Of a stretch of DNA of 32,000 bases, positions 18,052 to 25,470 are shown piece by piece (positions within the stretch are counted from its first letter, which is position 1; every line of letters starts with the position of its first letter). Below the pieces are notes generated by a model, which was given only the letters and a program-made list of their open reading frames with translations, made no database searches and was not told where the DNA came from. This DNA is from Acidovorax sp. FHTAMBA (GTDB lineage: Bacteria > Pseudomonadota > Gammaproteobacteria > Burkholderiales > Burkholderiaceae_C): contig NZ_CP152407.1 in NCBI RefSeq assembly GCF_038958875.1, positions 1,890,489 to 1,922,488 of the forward strand, given 5' to 3'. The position numbers were made by a program, and so were the translations under genes.

Positions 18052-18293
18052 GGGTTGCTGGGCGTTCGGCGAAGAAGAACCCGGGGGCAGCGTATACCTG
18101 GCCCGGGCGCGGGGCGGTTTTTCAGTCTAGGGGCGTGGGCCTGTGGGGATTTGATGTGTGTCAAGGCGCGGGGCATTGGCGGGCCTGCGCGGCCAGGCAT
18201 GGGCTGCGATCGAATCCCCAGTGGTGTGACCGTCGGCGAGGGAAATGCCGAGGGGGACAGCCTGTGCATCCCACAGGCAAAATGCTACTGATT

Positions 18294-18337
18294 AAATAGC
18301 TGCTGGCGCTTTATGGATAAGCGCCGGAGGCCAAAAA
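18294..18337 (-). repeat. REP-like intergenic repeat, copy B
   Basis: AAATAGCTGCTGGCGCTTTATGGATAAGCGCCGGAGGCCAAAAA is the reverse orientation of copy A. The stem GGCGCTT(T)AT/ATAAGCGCC has a one-base bulge. It lies immediately 3' of the hpnE stop (18348). Confidence 0.7.
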
Positions 18338-18347
18338 CACTCAAAAA

Positions 18348-19697
18348 TTAGAGTGCGGTTCCCGCGCTGCAAAGCGACGCCACCGCGTGGGCCACGGCCG
18401 TGCCGCTCAGCACCGCGCCCTCCAGCGTGGCGGGGTAGGGGCCTTGCGTGTAGTCGCCGCAGGCCCACAGGCGCGGGGCCAGGGCGCAGGCAGGGCGCTG
18501 CAGGGCGGGGGTGCAGGCGAAGGTGGCGCGCTTTTCCACCACGGTCTGCACGGGCCGCAGCCCGGCCAGGCCCAGCTGGCGGGCGGCCTGGTGCAGCACG
18601 CCCGCTTCGAGCGTGTCGCGCTCGCCATGGGCATCGCTCACCACAAACGCCAGCAGCCCGGCGGGGCCGCCCAGCTGGCCCCGGTCAAACACAAACTGCG
18701 CGGGCTGCCCCGGGCCCGGCCGCAGCGCCAGCATCGGCTGCGGCAACACGGCGGGGGCGCCCGGTGCGGCCTGGGCGTACACCGTGCCGATGGCGGTAAA
18801 GCGCAGCGCCTCGGCCGTGGTGGCCCAGGCGTCGAGGGTGCGCGCTTCGGGCGCGGGCAGGCTGGCCTGGGCGGCGCGGGCCAGGCGCGCCGCTTCGGTG
18901 CTGGAGGTGGCCAGCACCACGGCGTCAAACAGCTCGCCATCCACCCGCCAGCCTTGCGCAGTGCGCGCCAGGGCTTGCACGCGGCGCCCGGTGTGCACGC
19001 GTGCGCCGCGGGCCTGCAACCATTGCGCAGCAGTTTCGGGGAAAAGCGTGCCCAGGTCGGTGCGCGGCAGCAGCAGGTTGGAGCCACCCCGGCCGCTGAA
19101 CAGGCTGTCGCGCAGCACGCGCAAAAACACCTGGCCGCACGCCTCCTGCGAGGGCGTGTTCAGCGCCGATACGCACAGCGGGTCAATGAATTCGGCCATG
19201 AGCCGCGGGGGCAGCTTGACGCACAGCTGCTGCACCGTGGTGTCCGGCGCGCAGCGAAAGCCGCGCACACGCCACAGCGCGGCGGTGCGCAGCAGGGCCA
19301 GCTTGTCACCCGGCGGCCAGCCCCGCGCACGGGCAATGCCCAGCAGCGCATCCCAGGGCGGGGGCAGATCGGGCAGGCGCAGGCCCGTGCCGTCGGGGAA
19401 GACCAGGGCCAGCGGCAGGCGCAGCAGCGCGCTATCCACATCCACGCCCACCTGGCGCATGAGGCGCAGGCTTTCCGCATAGGCACCGATGAGGATGTGC
19501 TGGCCGTTGTCCAGCACCAGCGGTTCGCCCTGCACGCCGTGGCCGCTGAAGGCCCGGGCCCGGCCCCCGGTGGCGCGCGCAGTCTCGAACACCGTGGGCA
19601 TGATGCCGGCCTGCGCCAGGCCCACGGCCGCCGCCATGCCGGCCCAGCCTGCACCGATCACCGCCACGTTCATCGAGGGGACGCCTTGGGTCTGCAC
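18348..19697 (-). CDS. hpnE: Hydroxysqualene dehydroxylase (FAD-dependent amine-oxidase/phytoene-desaturase fold)
   Basis: ORF 18348..19697 (GTG start; alternative ATG at 19673 giving MNVAVIGAGWAGMAAA, the dinucleotide-binding motif). About 440 aa, and it lies 4 nt downstream of the hpnD-type gene. Confidence 0.8.
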   Translation of the reverse strand: MQTQGVPSMNVAVIGAGWAGMAAAVGLAQAGIMPTVFETARATGGRARAFSGHGVQGEPLVLDNGQHILIGAYAESLRLMRQVGVDVDSALLRLPLALVFPDGTGLRLPDLPPPWDALLGIARARGWPPGDKLALLRTAALWRVRGFRCAPDTTVQQLCVKLPPRLMAEFIDPLCVSALNTPSQEACGQVFLRVLRDSLFSGRGGSNLLLPRTDLGTLFPETAAQWLQARGARVHTGRRVQALARTAQGWRVDGELFDAVVLATSSTEAARLARAAQASLPAPEARTLDAWATTAEALRFTAIGTVYAQAAPGAPAVLPQPMLALRPGPGQPAQFVFDRGQLGGPAGLLAFVVSDAHGERDTLEAGVLHQAARQLGLAGLRPVQTVVEKRATFACTPALQRPACALAPRLWACGDYTQGPYPATLEGAVLSGTAVAHAVASLCSAGTAL

Positions 19698-19701
19698 GCC
19701 G

Positions 19702-20559
19702 CTACATCCGGCCCAGCGCCTGAACCTTCCACGCCAGCCAGAACTTGCGCAGCGGCGTGAGGCGGATGCGCTGGTGCAGCACCTGGAAGCTCTCGTGCTC
19801 GATCTCGCGCAGCAGCGTGCGGTAGATGTTGGCCATCATCAGGCCGGGCTTTTGCGCGCGGCGGTCGGCATCCGGCAGCAGGGCAAAGGCCTCGTCGTAC
19901 AGCCGGTGCGCGCGCTCGGCCTGAAACCGCATCAGCGCGGTGAAGCGGTCGGAATACGTGCGCTTCAAAATCTCGTGCGCCTTCACGTCAAACTGCTGCA
20001 GCTCGCTCACCGGCAGGTAAATGCGGCCCAGCATGGCGTCTTCGCCCACGTCGCGGATGATGTTGGTGAGCTGGAACGCCAGGCCCAGCGTGTGGGCGTA
20101 TTCGGTGGTGCGCGGCTCGGTCTGGCCAAAGATGCGCGCCGCCACCTCGCCCACCACACCCGCCACCAGGTGGCAGTAGCCCTTGAGCCCCGCAAAGTCG
20201 AGGTAACGGGTCTGCTCCAGGTCCATGTGGCAGCCGTCAATGACGGCCTGCAGGTGGCGCTGCTCGATACCGAATTCCGCCGTGTGCGGCATCAGCGCCA
20301 GCATCACCGGGTGGGTGGGCTGCCCCGCAAAGGCCTTGGCCACCTCGGCCTGCCACCACGCGAGCTTGGTGCTCGCCACGCCGGGGTCGGTCACTTCATC
20401 CACCACATCGTCCACCTCGCGGCAAAACGCATAAAACGCCGTGATGGCCGCACGGCGCTGCGTGGGCAGAAACAGGAAGGCGTAATAGAAGCTGCTGCCC
20501 GAGGCGGCGGCCTTTTGCTGTACGTACTGCTGCGGTGTCATGGGGCGCGATTGTCCCAT
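19702..20559 (-). CDS. hpnD: Presqualene diphosphate synthase (squalene/phytoene synthase family)
   Basis: ORF 19702..20559 (alternative ATG 20541). QQKAAASGSSFYYAFLFLP and YAFCREVDDVVDE (first Asp-rich motif) match HpnD-type sequences as I remember them. The second Asp-rich region is NIIRDVGED. Confidence 0.85.
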   Translation of the reverse strand: MGQSRPMTPQQYVQQKAAASGSSFYYAFLFLPTQRRAAITAFYAFCREVDDVVDEVTDPGVASTKLAWWQAEVAKAFAGQPTHPVMLALMPHTAEFGIEQRHLQAVIDGCHMDLEQTRYLDFAGLKGYCHLVAGVVGEVAARIFGQTEPRTTEYAHTLGLAFQLTNIIRDVGEDAMLGRIYLPVSELQQFDVKAHEILKRTYSDRFTALMRFQAERAHRLYDEAFALLPDADRRAQKPGLMMANIYRTLLREIEHESFQVLHQRIRLTPLRKFWLAWKVQALGRM

Positions 20560-20597
20560 GGCGCACCGTGGCGGGTGGGGTGGATGGATTTGAAGGG

Positions 20598-20646
20598 TTT
20601 TTGGGCTCTGGCGCTTATGGGGTATGCGCTAATAGCTATTGTTTTG
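20598..20646 (+). repeat. REP-like intergenic repeat, copy C
   Basis: TTTTTGGGCTCTGGCGCTTATGGGGTATGCGCTAATAGCTATTGTTTTG has the same orientation and block order as copy A (GGCYC-GCGCTTA..GCGCT-AGCTA). It lies between the hpnD start and the stop of the core-MetE gene. Confidence 0.65.
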
Positions 20647-20763
20647 GTAGTGCAGCGAGTGCGGACCGCCGGATGTCTGCGTTGCAGCGTCTGCAGTCGT
20701 CTAACGAAAATCGGCGGACGCCCGCTTCCGGCCCCACTACGGTCAGTGAACAAGTTGCATCAA

Positions 20764-21876
20764 TCAGGCTATTGTCAGCCGTTCCCGGGCCAACCTTGTT
20801 CCCTCTGCGAGCGCCTGCAGCTTGCGCCACGCTACATCCCGTCCCATCGGCGCCAGCCCGCAATTCGTGCATGGGAATAGGCGCTCCTTGGGCACGAATT
20901 CCAGCGCCCGACCGATGGTGTCGGCCACCTCCTCTGGGGTTTCCACCACGTCGCTGGCCACATCGATCACGCCCACCATCACGTCCTTGCCGGCCAGCAG
21001 CTTCATGAGATCGGGGGGCACGTGGGAGTGGATGCATTCCAGGCTCACTTGGTCGATGCTGCTTTTAGCCAGCGCAGGGAACACCGTCTCGTACTGGCGC
21101 CATTCCTCGCCCAGCGTGCTTTTCCAGTCGGTGTTGGCCTTGATGCCGTAGCCGTAGCAGATGTGCACTGCCGTCGTGCAGGTGAGGCCTTGTGCTGCAC
21201 GCTCGAGCGCCTTCACACCCCAGTCGGCGGCATCCTTCATGTAGACGTTGAAGGCGGGTTCGTCAAATTGAATGATGTCAACACCGTCGGCCTGCAGCGC
21301 GAGGGCCTCCTGGTTGAGCAGTTCGGCAAACGCGAAAGCCATCTTGACCTTGTCGCCGTAGAAACGGTCCGCCACGGTGTCGACGATGGTCATCGGTCCG
21401 GGCAGGGTGAACTTCAGCTTCTTCCTCGTATGCGCGCGCGCCAGCTGTGCTTCGAAGGCATGCACGCGGCCTTTGAGGCGCAACGCGGAGACGACCTGCG
21501 GCACCATCGCGTCGTAGCGGTTGTCGCGGATGCCCATCTTCACCTTGTGCTCGAAATCGATGCCATCGACCTGTTCGAGGAAGCCGTGCACGAAGTGCTG
21601 CCGCGATTGCTCGCCGTCGCCCACGATGTCCAGACCCGCGTCTTCCTGCGCCTTGATCCACAGCAAGGTGGCGTCGGCCTTCGCTTGGCGCAGTGCATCG
21701 CCTTCGGCCATCCATTGCGGCCAGAGTTTGTTGGTTTCCGCCAGCCAAGCCGGCTTCGGCAGGCTCCCGGCAACAGAGGATTCAAAGAGCTGCGCGACAC
21801 CGTTTGAACGCGGATGGCTCGACGCAGGGAAGACCGAGCTGGAGGGGAGCTGCGTGGCAGGCAAAGAATTCTTCAT
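20764..21876 (-). CDS. mesD: Short 'core-MetE' cobalamin-independent methionine synthase homolog (MesD-type)
   Basis: ORF 20764..21876 (370 aa). It covers only the C-terminal MetE catalytic barrel. The Zn-ligand contexts are conserved relative to E. coli MetE as I remember it: VHICYG (H-x-C), VSLECIHS (Glu) and TNCGLAP (Cys); GVIDVASD parallels GVYDIHSP. It is adjacent to a DUF1852 gene. Confidence 0.85.
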   Translation of the reverse strand: MKNSLPATQLPSSSVFPASSHPRSNGVAQLFESSVAGSLPKPAWLAETNKLWPQWMAEGDALRQAKADATLLWIKAQEDAGLDIVGDGEQSRQHFVHGFLEQVDGIDFEHKVKMGIRDNRYDAMVPQVVSALRLKGRVHAFEAQLARAHTRKKLKFTLPGPMTIVDTVADRFYGDKVKMAFAFAELLNQEALALQADGVDIIQFDEPAFNVYMKDAADWGVKALERAAQGLTCTTAVHICYGYGIKANTDWKSTLGEEWRQYETVFPALAKSSIDQVSLECIHSHVPPDLMKLLAGKDVMVGVIDVASDVVETPEEVADTIGRALEFVPKERLFPCTNCGLAPMGRDVAWRKLQALAEGTRLARERLTIA

Positions 21877-21904
21877 GAATGCGATTTGGATGTTGTTGGA
21901 TTGG

Positions 21905-22888
21905 TCAGTGCGCGAAATCAGCAGCCCATTCCTCGAGAACGTTCTTGTACGGCTTGATGAAATTTTCCTCCGTGAACTTGCCTTGTTTCACTGCCAGCTG
22001 GCCCCGTTCCTCTCGGTCGTAGACGATGCGGGTCAATGAGTAGTCCAAGTTTCTAAGGCTGGGTTGAAAGAAACTTCCTGCTGCGGAATTGGCGTTGTAG
22101 ATCTCGGGCCGATAGATTTTCTGAAACGTCTCCATGGTGCTGATGGTGCCGATGAGCTCGAGGTCGGTGTAGTCCCCCAGCAGATCGCCGACAAAGTAGA
22201 AAGCCAACGGCGCGACGCTGTCTGGCGGCATAAAGAAGCGAACCCGCATACCCATCTTCTCGAAGTACCGGTCGGTCGGGGAAAGCTCGTTCTGCCGGTA
22301 TTCGGCGCCCAGGACAGGATGCCGATTGCCAGACTGGTGGTAGGTCTTGCTGCTTGAGGCGCTGATGCAGATCACCGGCGGTTTGGCGAACCATTTTTTG
22401 TAGGTATCCGAGCCCAGGAAGTGCTTGAAAAGCTTCCCATGCAGGTCGCCGAAATCAGTGGGAGTACCGAACTCGGAGCTGTCGATGTTGTGCGCCGGAA
22501 GCACGACGCTGAAGTCGTAGTCGCGGAGGTAGGACGAAAAATTGTTCCCGGCAATTCCGTCAATGCGTCTGCCGGTTTGCTTGTCAACGATGTTCGGTTT
22601 CAGTATTTCAATCAGCGGGAACACGTCACTGCCGCTCCCGGCGCCCATGTTCATCTCAACGGAGATGATTTCAAGCTCGACGGCATAGCGATCTCCCGTA
22701 GGGTTGTCCCAATGCGCCAAGCTGTTGAAACGGTTGTCGATCATCTTCAGGGTGTTGCGCAAGTTCTCCTGGCGGCTGTTCCCGCGGGCCAGGTTGGCGA
22801 AGTTGGTTGTGATGCGCGTGCTGTCCGACGGCTGGTAGTTTTCATCGAACCGGATGCTCTTGATGCTGAAGGTGAAGTGTTTGCTCAT
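21905..22888 (-). CDS. mesX: DUF1852-family protein (MesX-type partner of MesD)
   Basis: ORF 21905..22888 (327 aa). MSKHFTFSIKSIRFDENYQPSDSTRITTNFANLARG... matches what I recall of DUF1852. It lies 28 nt upstream of the core-MetE gene on the same strand. The family assignment is from memory and needs an HMM check. Confidence 0.75.
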   Translation of the reverse strand: MSKHFTFSIKSIRFDENYQPSDSTRITTNFANLARGNSRQENLRNTLKMIDNRFNSLAHWDNPTGDRYAVELEIISVEMNMGAGSGSDVFPLIEILKPNIVDKQTGRRIDGIAGNNFSSYLRDYDFSVVLPAHNIDSSEFGTPTDFGDLHGKLFKHFLGSDTYKKWFAKPPVICISASSSKTYHQSGNRHPVLGAEYRQNELSPTDRYFEKMGMRVRFFMPPDSVAPLAFYFVGDLLGDYTDLELIGTISTMETFQKIYRPEIYNANSAAGSFFQPSLRNLDYSLTRIVYDREERGQLAVKQGKFTEENFIKPYKNVLEEWAADFAH

Positions 22889-22932
22889 GATGGTCAGGTG
22901 CGCTGGTTTTGATTCGAAGTCCGATGCTTGTG

Positions 22933-23514
22933 TCAGGTCGCAACCACATCCTCAGCGTGGACCGATCGTGCAAGTTTTGCCAACCCGAGAAGGGGCAAAG
23001 CCCGTTGGACTGCGAGCTGGGCTCTCTGGATCAAAGCCACGTTCTGCAGCCGGTAGTCCGAGAAATCTTGGTCGGTCGCGTAAACACCCAACGGCAACGT
23101 GCGCGCTTGAAAAAAGCTGAACAGCGGCCGCAACTGGTGGTCGATCACCAAGGCATGGCGCTCGCTGCCGCCGGTGGCAGCCAGCAAGACCGGCTTGTCG
23201 ATCAGGGCGTCCTGGTGAATGAAGTCGAAGAAGTGCTTGAACAGTCCCGTGTAGGAGCCACGGTAGACCGGTGTGGCCACCACCAGGACGTCAGCTTGCT
23301 CGACCGCGGCAAGTTCGCGCTCCACCACGTCGGGCAACTGGGAGCGCCAGACCGCGCCCGCAAAGTGCGGTGCGAGCTGGCCCAGCTCGACCAAGCGTTG
23401 TTCGCACGGAATTGCGTCGGCGATCAGATCCAGCAGATGCTCCGAAAGGGCCACGGCTTTGGAGGGGCGTTGAAGTCCGCCGGAAACTGCTACTGCGCGA
23501 AGTGGACGTGTCAT
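22933..23514 (-). CDS. NAD(P)H-dependent FMN reductase (SsuE/MsuE-like)
   Basis: In-frame ATG at 23514 within ORF 22933..23556. MTRPLRAVAVSGGLQRPSKA, ADVLVVATPVYRGSYTGLFKHFFD and LAATGGSERHAL are typical of the SsuE/MsuE flavin reductase family. It lies 44 nt upstream of the DUF1852 gene on the same strand. Confidence 0.85.
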   Translation of the reverse strand: MTRPLRAVAVSGGLQRPSKAVALSEHLLDLIADAIPCEQRLVELGQLAPHFAGAVWRSQLPDVVERELAAVEQADVLVVATPVYRGSYTGLFKHFFDFIHQDALIDKPVLLAATGGSERHALVIDHQLRPLFSFFQARTLPLGVYATDQDFSDYRLQNVALIQRAQLAVQRALPLLGLAKLARSVHAEDVVAT

Positions 23515-23605
23515 TTTGGTGTGGCGATCAAGGTTTCTCAAACGTCCGGCAATCACGGAAAGGTTGAATCGTAGAGTTGACGAACCGTGAAGTAAAATGG
23601 TGTTA

Positions 23606-23631
23606 ATTCACGCATCCATGAATCTCACTCA
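23606..23631. promoter_or_regulatory. Candidate MetR/LysR operator
   Basis: ATTCA(23606-23610)-N8-TGAAT(23619-23623) is an inverted repeat overlapping TGAAtctcaCTCA (23619-23631). That second element is one mismatch from the TGAA-N5-TTCA MetR consensus. It sits in the 123-nt divergent spacer, 7-32 nt upstream of the regulator ATG. Confidence 0.35.
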
Positions 23632-23637
23632 TTTGCC

Positions 23638-24555
23638 ATGCTGGAGCGCGCTCATCTTTCCATCGTCCAAGAAGTAGACAAGCAAGGCTCACTTACCGCT
23701 GCCGCAGAGGTGCTGCACCTGACGCAGTCGGCGCTGAGCCACTCGATCCGCAAGCTGGAAGCCCAGATGGGCACCGAAATCTGGCAACGCGAAGGGCGCA
23801 GCCTGCGGCTGACGCAGGCGGGGCAGTACCTGCTGGCGGTGGCCAACCGGGTGCTCCCGCAGCTGGATCTGGCCGAAGAACGCTTGCGCCAGTTTGCGCA
23901 GGGCGAGCGCGGGTCGCTGCGTATCGGCATGGAATGCCACCCCTGCTACCAATGGCTGCTGAAGGTGGTGTCGCCCTACCTGGCGAGCTGGCCCGACGTG
24001 GACGTCGACGTGAAGCAGAAATTCCAGTTCGGCGGCATTGGCGCGCTCTTCGGCTACGAGATAGACCTGCTGGTCACCCCCGACCCGCTCTACAAGCCCG
24101 GTCTGCGCTACGAACCCGTGTTCGACTACGAGCAGGTGCTCGTGGTGCCGCGCGGCCATCGCCTGGCCAACGTGCCTTACGTGAAGCCCGCACAGCTGAC
24201 GCAGGAGGTGCTGGTGACGTACCCGGTTGCCACCGACCGGCTGGACATCTACAACATGTTTCTGATGCCCGCCGGCGTGACGCCCAGGCGCCACAAGTCG
24301 ATCGAAACCACGGACATCATGTTGCAGATGGTCGCGAGCGACCGCGCGGTGGCTGCACTGCCACGCTGGCTGGTCGAGGAGTACGCGCAGAAGATGGACA
24401 TCGTTCCTGTGCGGCTGGGTCCGCGCGGCATCGCCAAGCAGATCTTCCTGGGCGCGCGGGAAGCGGACACCGACATCGACTACCTGAAGTCCTTTGTCGA
24501 GCTCGCACGGCAATCAGGCGGCCTTGTCGACAAGGGGCAGGCCCCGGCCCTGTGA
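23638..24555 (+). CDS. metR: LysR-family regulator, MetR-like
   Basis: ORF 23638..24555 (305 aa). The N-terminal LSIVQEVDKQGSLTAAAEVLHLTQSALSHSIRKLEAQMGTEIWQREGRSLRLTQAG parallels the E. coli MetR HTH (..GSLAAAA..LHQTQSALSHQF..LE..LG). It is divergent from the methionine-synthase operon. Confidence 0.75.
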   Translation: MLERAHLSIVQEVDKQGSLTAAAEVLHLTQSALSHSIRKLEAQMGTEIWQREGRSLRLTQAGQYLLAVANRVLPQLDLAEERLRQFAQGERGSLRIGMECHPCYQWLLKVVSPYLASWPDVDVDVKQKFQFGGIGALFGYEIDLLVTPDPLYKPGLRYEPVFDYEQVLVVPRGHRLANVPYVKPAQLTQEVLVTYPVATDRLDIYNMFLMPAGVTPRRHKSIETTDIMLQMVASDRAVAALPRWLVEEYAQKMDIVPVRLGPRGIAKQIFLGAREADTDIDYLKSFVELARQSGGLVDKGQAPAL

Positions 24556-24595
24556 CACGGCCGTGCCGCCCCGTGACCTTCCACAGGAGGCCGCA

Positions 24596-25456
24596 TCACG
24601 TGTAGCGCTTCTCCAGCGCGTCCCACTCGGGCTTGTTGACCAGGCGTTGGCGCTCGGCAAAGGTCGCAACCAGTCCGCTGGATTCCTGCACTTCCTTCAC
24701 GTCGCGCAGCACGGTCAGTGCCTTCTGCATGCCGGCCACCGCACCCTGTAGCGCGGCATTGGCATACAGCACGATGCCATAGCCCAGTTCACCCAGGTCC
24801 GTGGCATTGAAGATAGGCGTCTTGCCGCCGATCACCATGTTCATTAGTTGCGGCTTGACCAGACGCCGGGGCAGCGCGCGAATCTCATCGGGCGTGGTCA
24901 CGGCCTCAACGAAGAGGATGTCCGCACCGGCCTCGGCGAATTTCTGCGCCCGTTCGACAGCGGCTTCGAACCCGTGCGTGGCGGCCGCGTCGGTGCGAGC
25001 CATGATCAGGAGATCAGGATCTTGGCGCGCATCGACGGCTGCCTTGATCTTGCTGACGGCCTCTTCTGTGGAGATCACTTCCTTGCCCGAGAAATGGCCG
25101 CAGCGCTTCGGCGCCACTTGGTCCTCGAACTGGATGCAGTCGGCGCCGGCACGTTCGAGCGTGCGGACGGTGTGCCGCACGTTCAGTGCATTGCCGAAGC
25201 CGGTGTCGGCATCGACGATCAGCGGCACGCTGACCGCGTCGCGGATGCGCGCTGTGTGATCGGCGATGTCCGATAGGCCCATGAAGCCCTGATCAGGCAT
25301 GCCGAACCACATGTTGGTGACACCGGCGCCGGTGATGTAGATCGCCTTGAATCCCAGGTCTTCGACGACCTTTGCAGACAGCGCGTTGAATGCGCCGGGA
25401 ACGATCAGGCCGCGGCGGGCCTCGACGAGTGACTTGAGCTGCTTGCGGGTGGACAT
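24596..25456 (-). CDS. prpB: 2-methylisocitrate lyase
   Basis: In-frame ATG at 25456 within ORF 24596..25555. It shows MSTRKQLKSLVEARRGLIVPGAFNALSAKVVEDLGFKAIYITGAG, DADTGFG and the catalytic loop QVAPKRCGHFSGKEV. It is 286 aa and sits in prp context. Confidence 0.9.
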   Translation of the reverse strand: MSTRKQLKSLVEARRGLIVPGAFNALSAKVVEDLGFKAIYITGAGVTNMWFGMPDQGFMGLSDIADHTARIRDAVSVPLIVDADTGFGNALNVRHTVRTLERAGADCIQFEDQVAPKRCGHFSGKEVISTEEAVSKIKAAVDARQDPDLLIMARTDAAATHGFEAAVERAQKFAEAGADILFVEAVTTPDEIRALPRRLVKPQLMNMVIGGKTPIFNATDLGELGYGIVLYANAALQGAVAGMQKALTVLRDVKEVQESSGLVATFAERQRLVNKPEWDALEKRYT

Positions 25457-25470
25457 TCGAGTAATTCCGA

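Noticed and set aside
18159-18164. Perfect TTGACA (minus strand) upstream of the ATPase gene, as a possible -35 element.
   Set aside because: No acceptable -10 hexamer lies 16-18 nt downstream. The nearest TA-rich hexamer (TAGACT) is about 29 nt away.
18208-18217. GATCGAATCC, which resembles a tRNA T-loop (GGTTCGAATCC) and could have marked a tRNA or an integration-site remnant.
   Set aside because: The flanking bases cannot form a T-stem (CTGCG versus CCCCA), and no acceptor or anticodon arms are evident on either strand.
20713-20734. Possible intrinsic terminator for the core-MetE gene: GCGG-N4-CCGC, followed on the minus strand by CGATTTTCG.
   Set aside because: It has only a 4-5 bp stem and an interrupted T-run, which is too weak to call. 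REP-like copy C further downstream is an alternative 3' structure.
24546-24565. CACGGCCGTG palindrome, or a CACGG...CCGTG hairpin, in the 40-nt convergent gap between the MetR-like gene and prpB, as a possible bidirectional terminator.
   Set aside because: The stem is short and neither side has a U-run. I cannot distinguish it from chance in GC-rich DNA.
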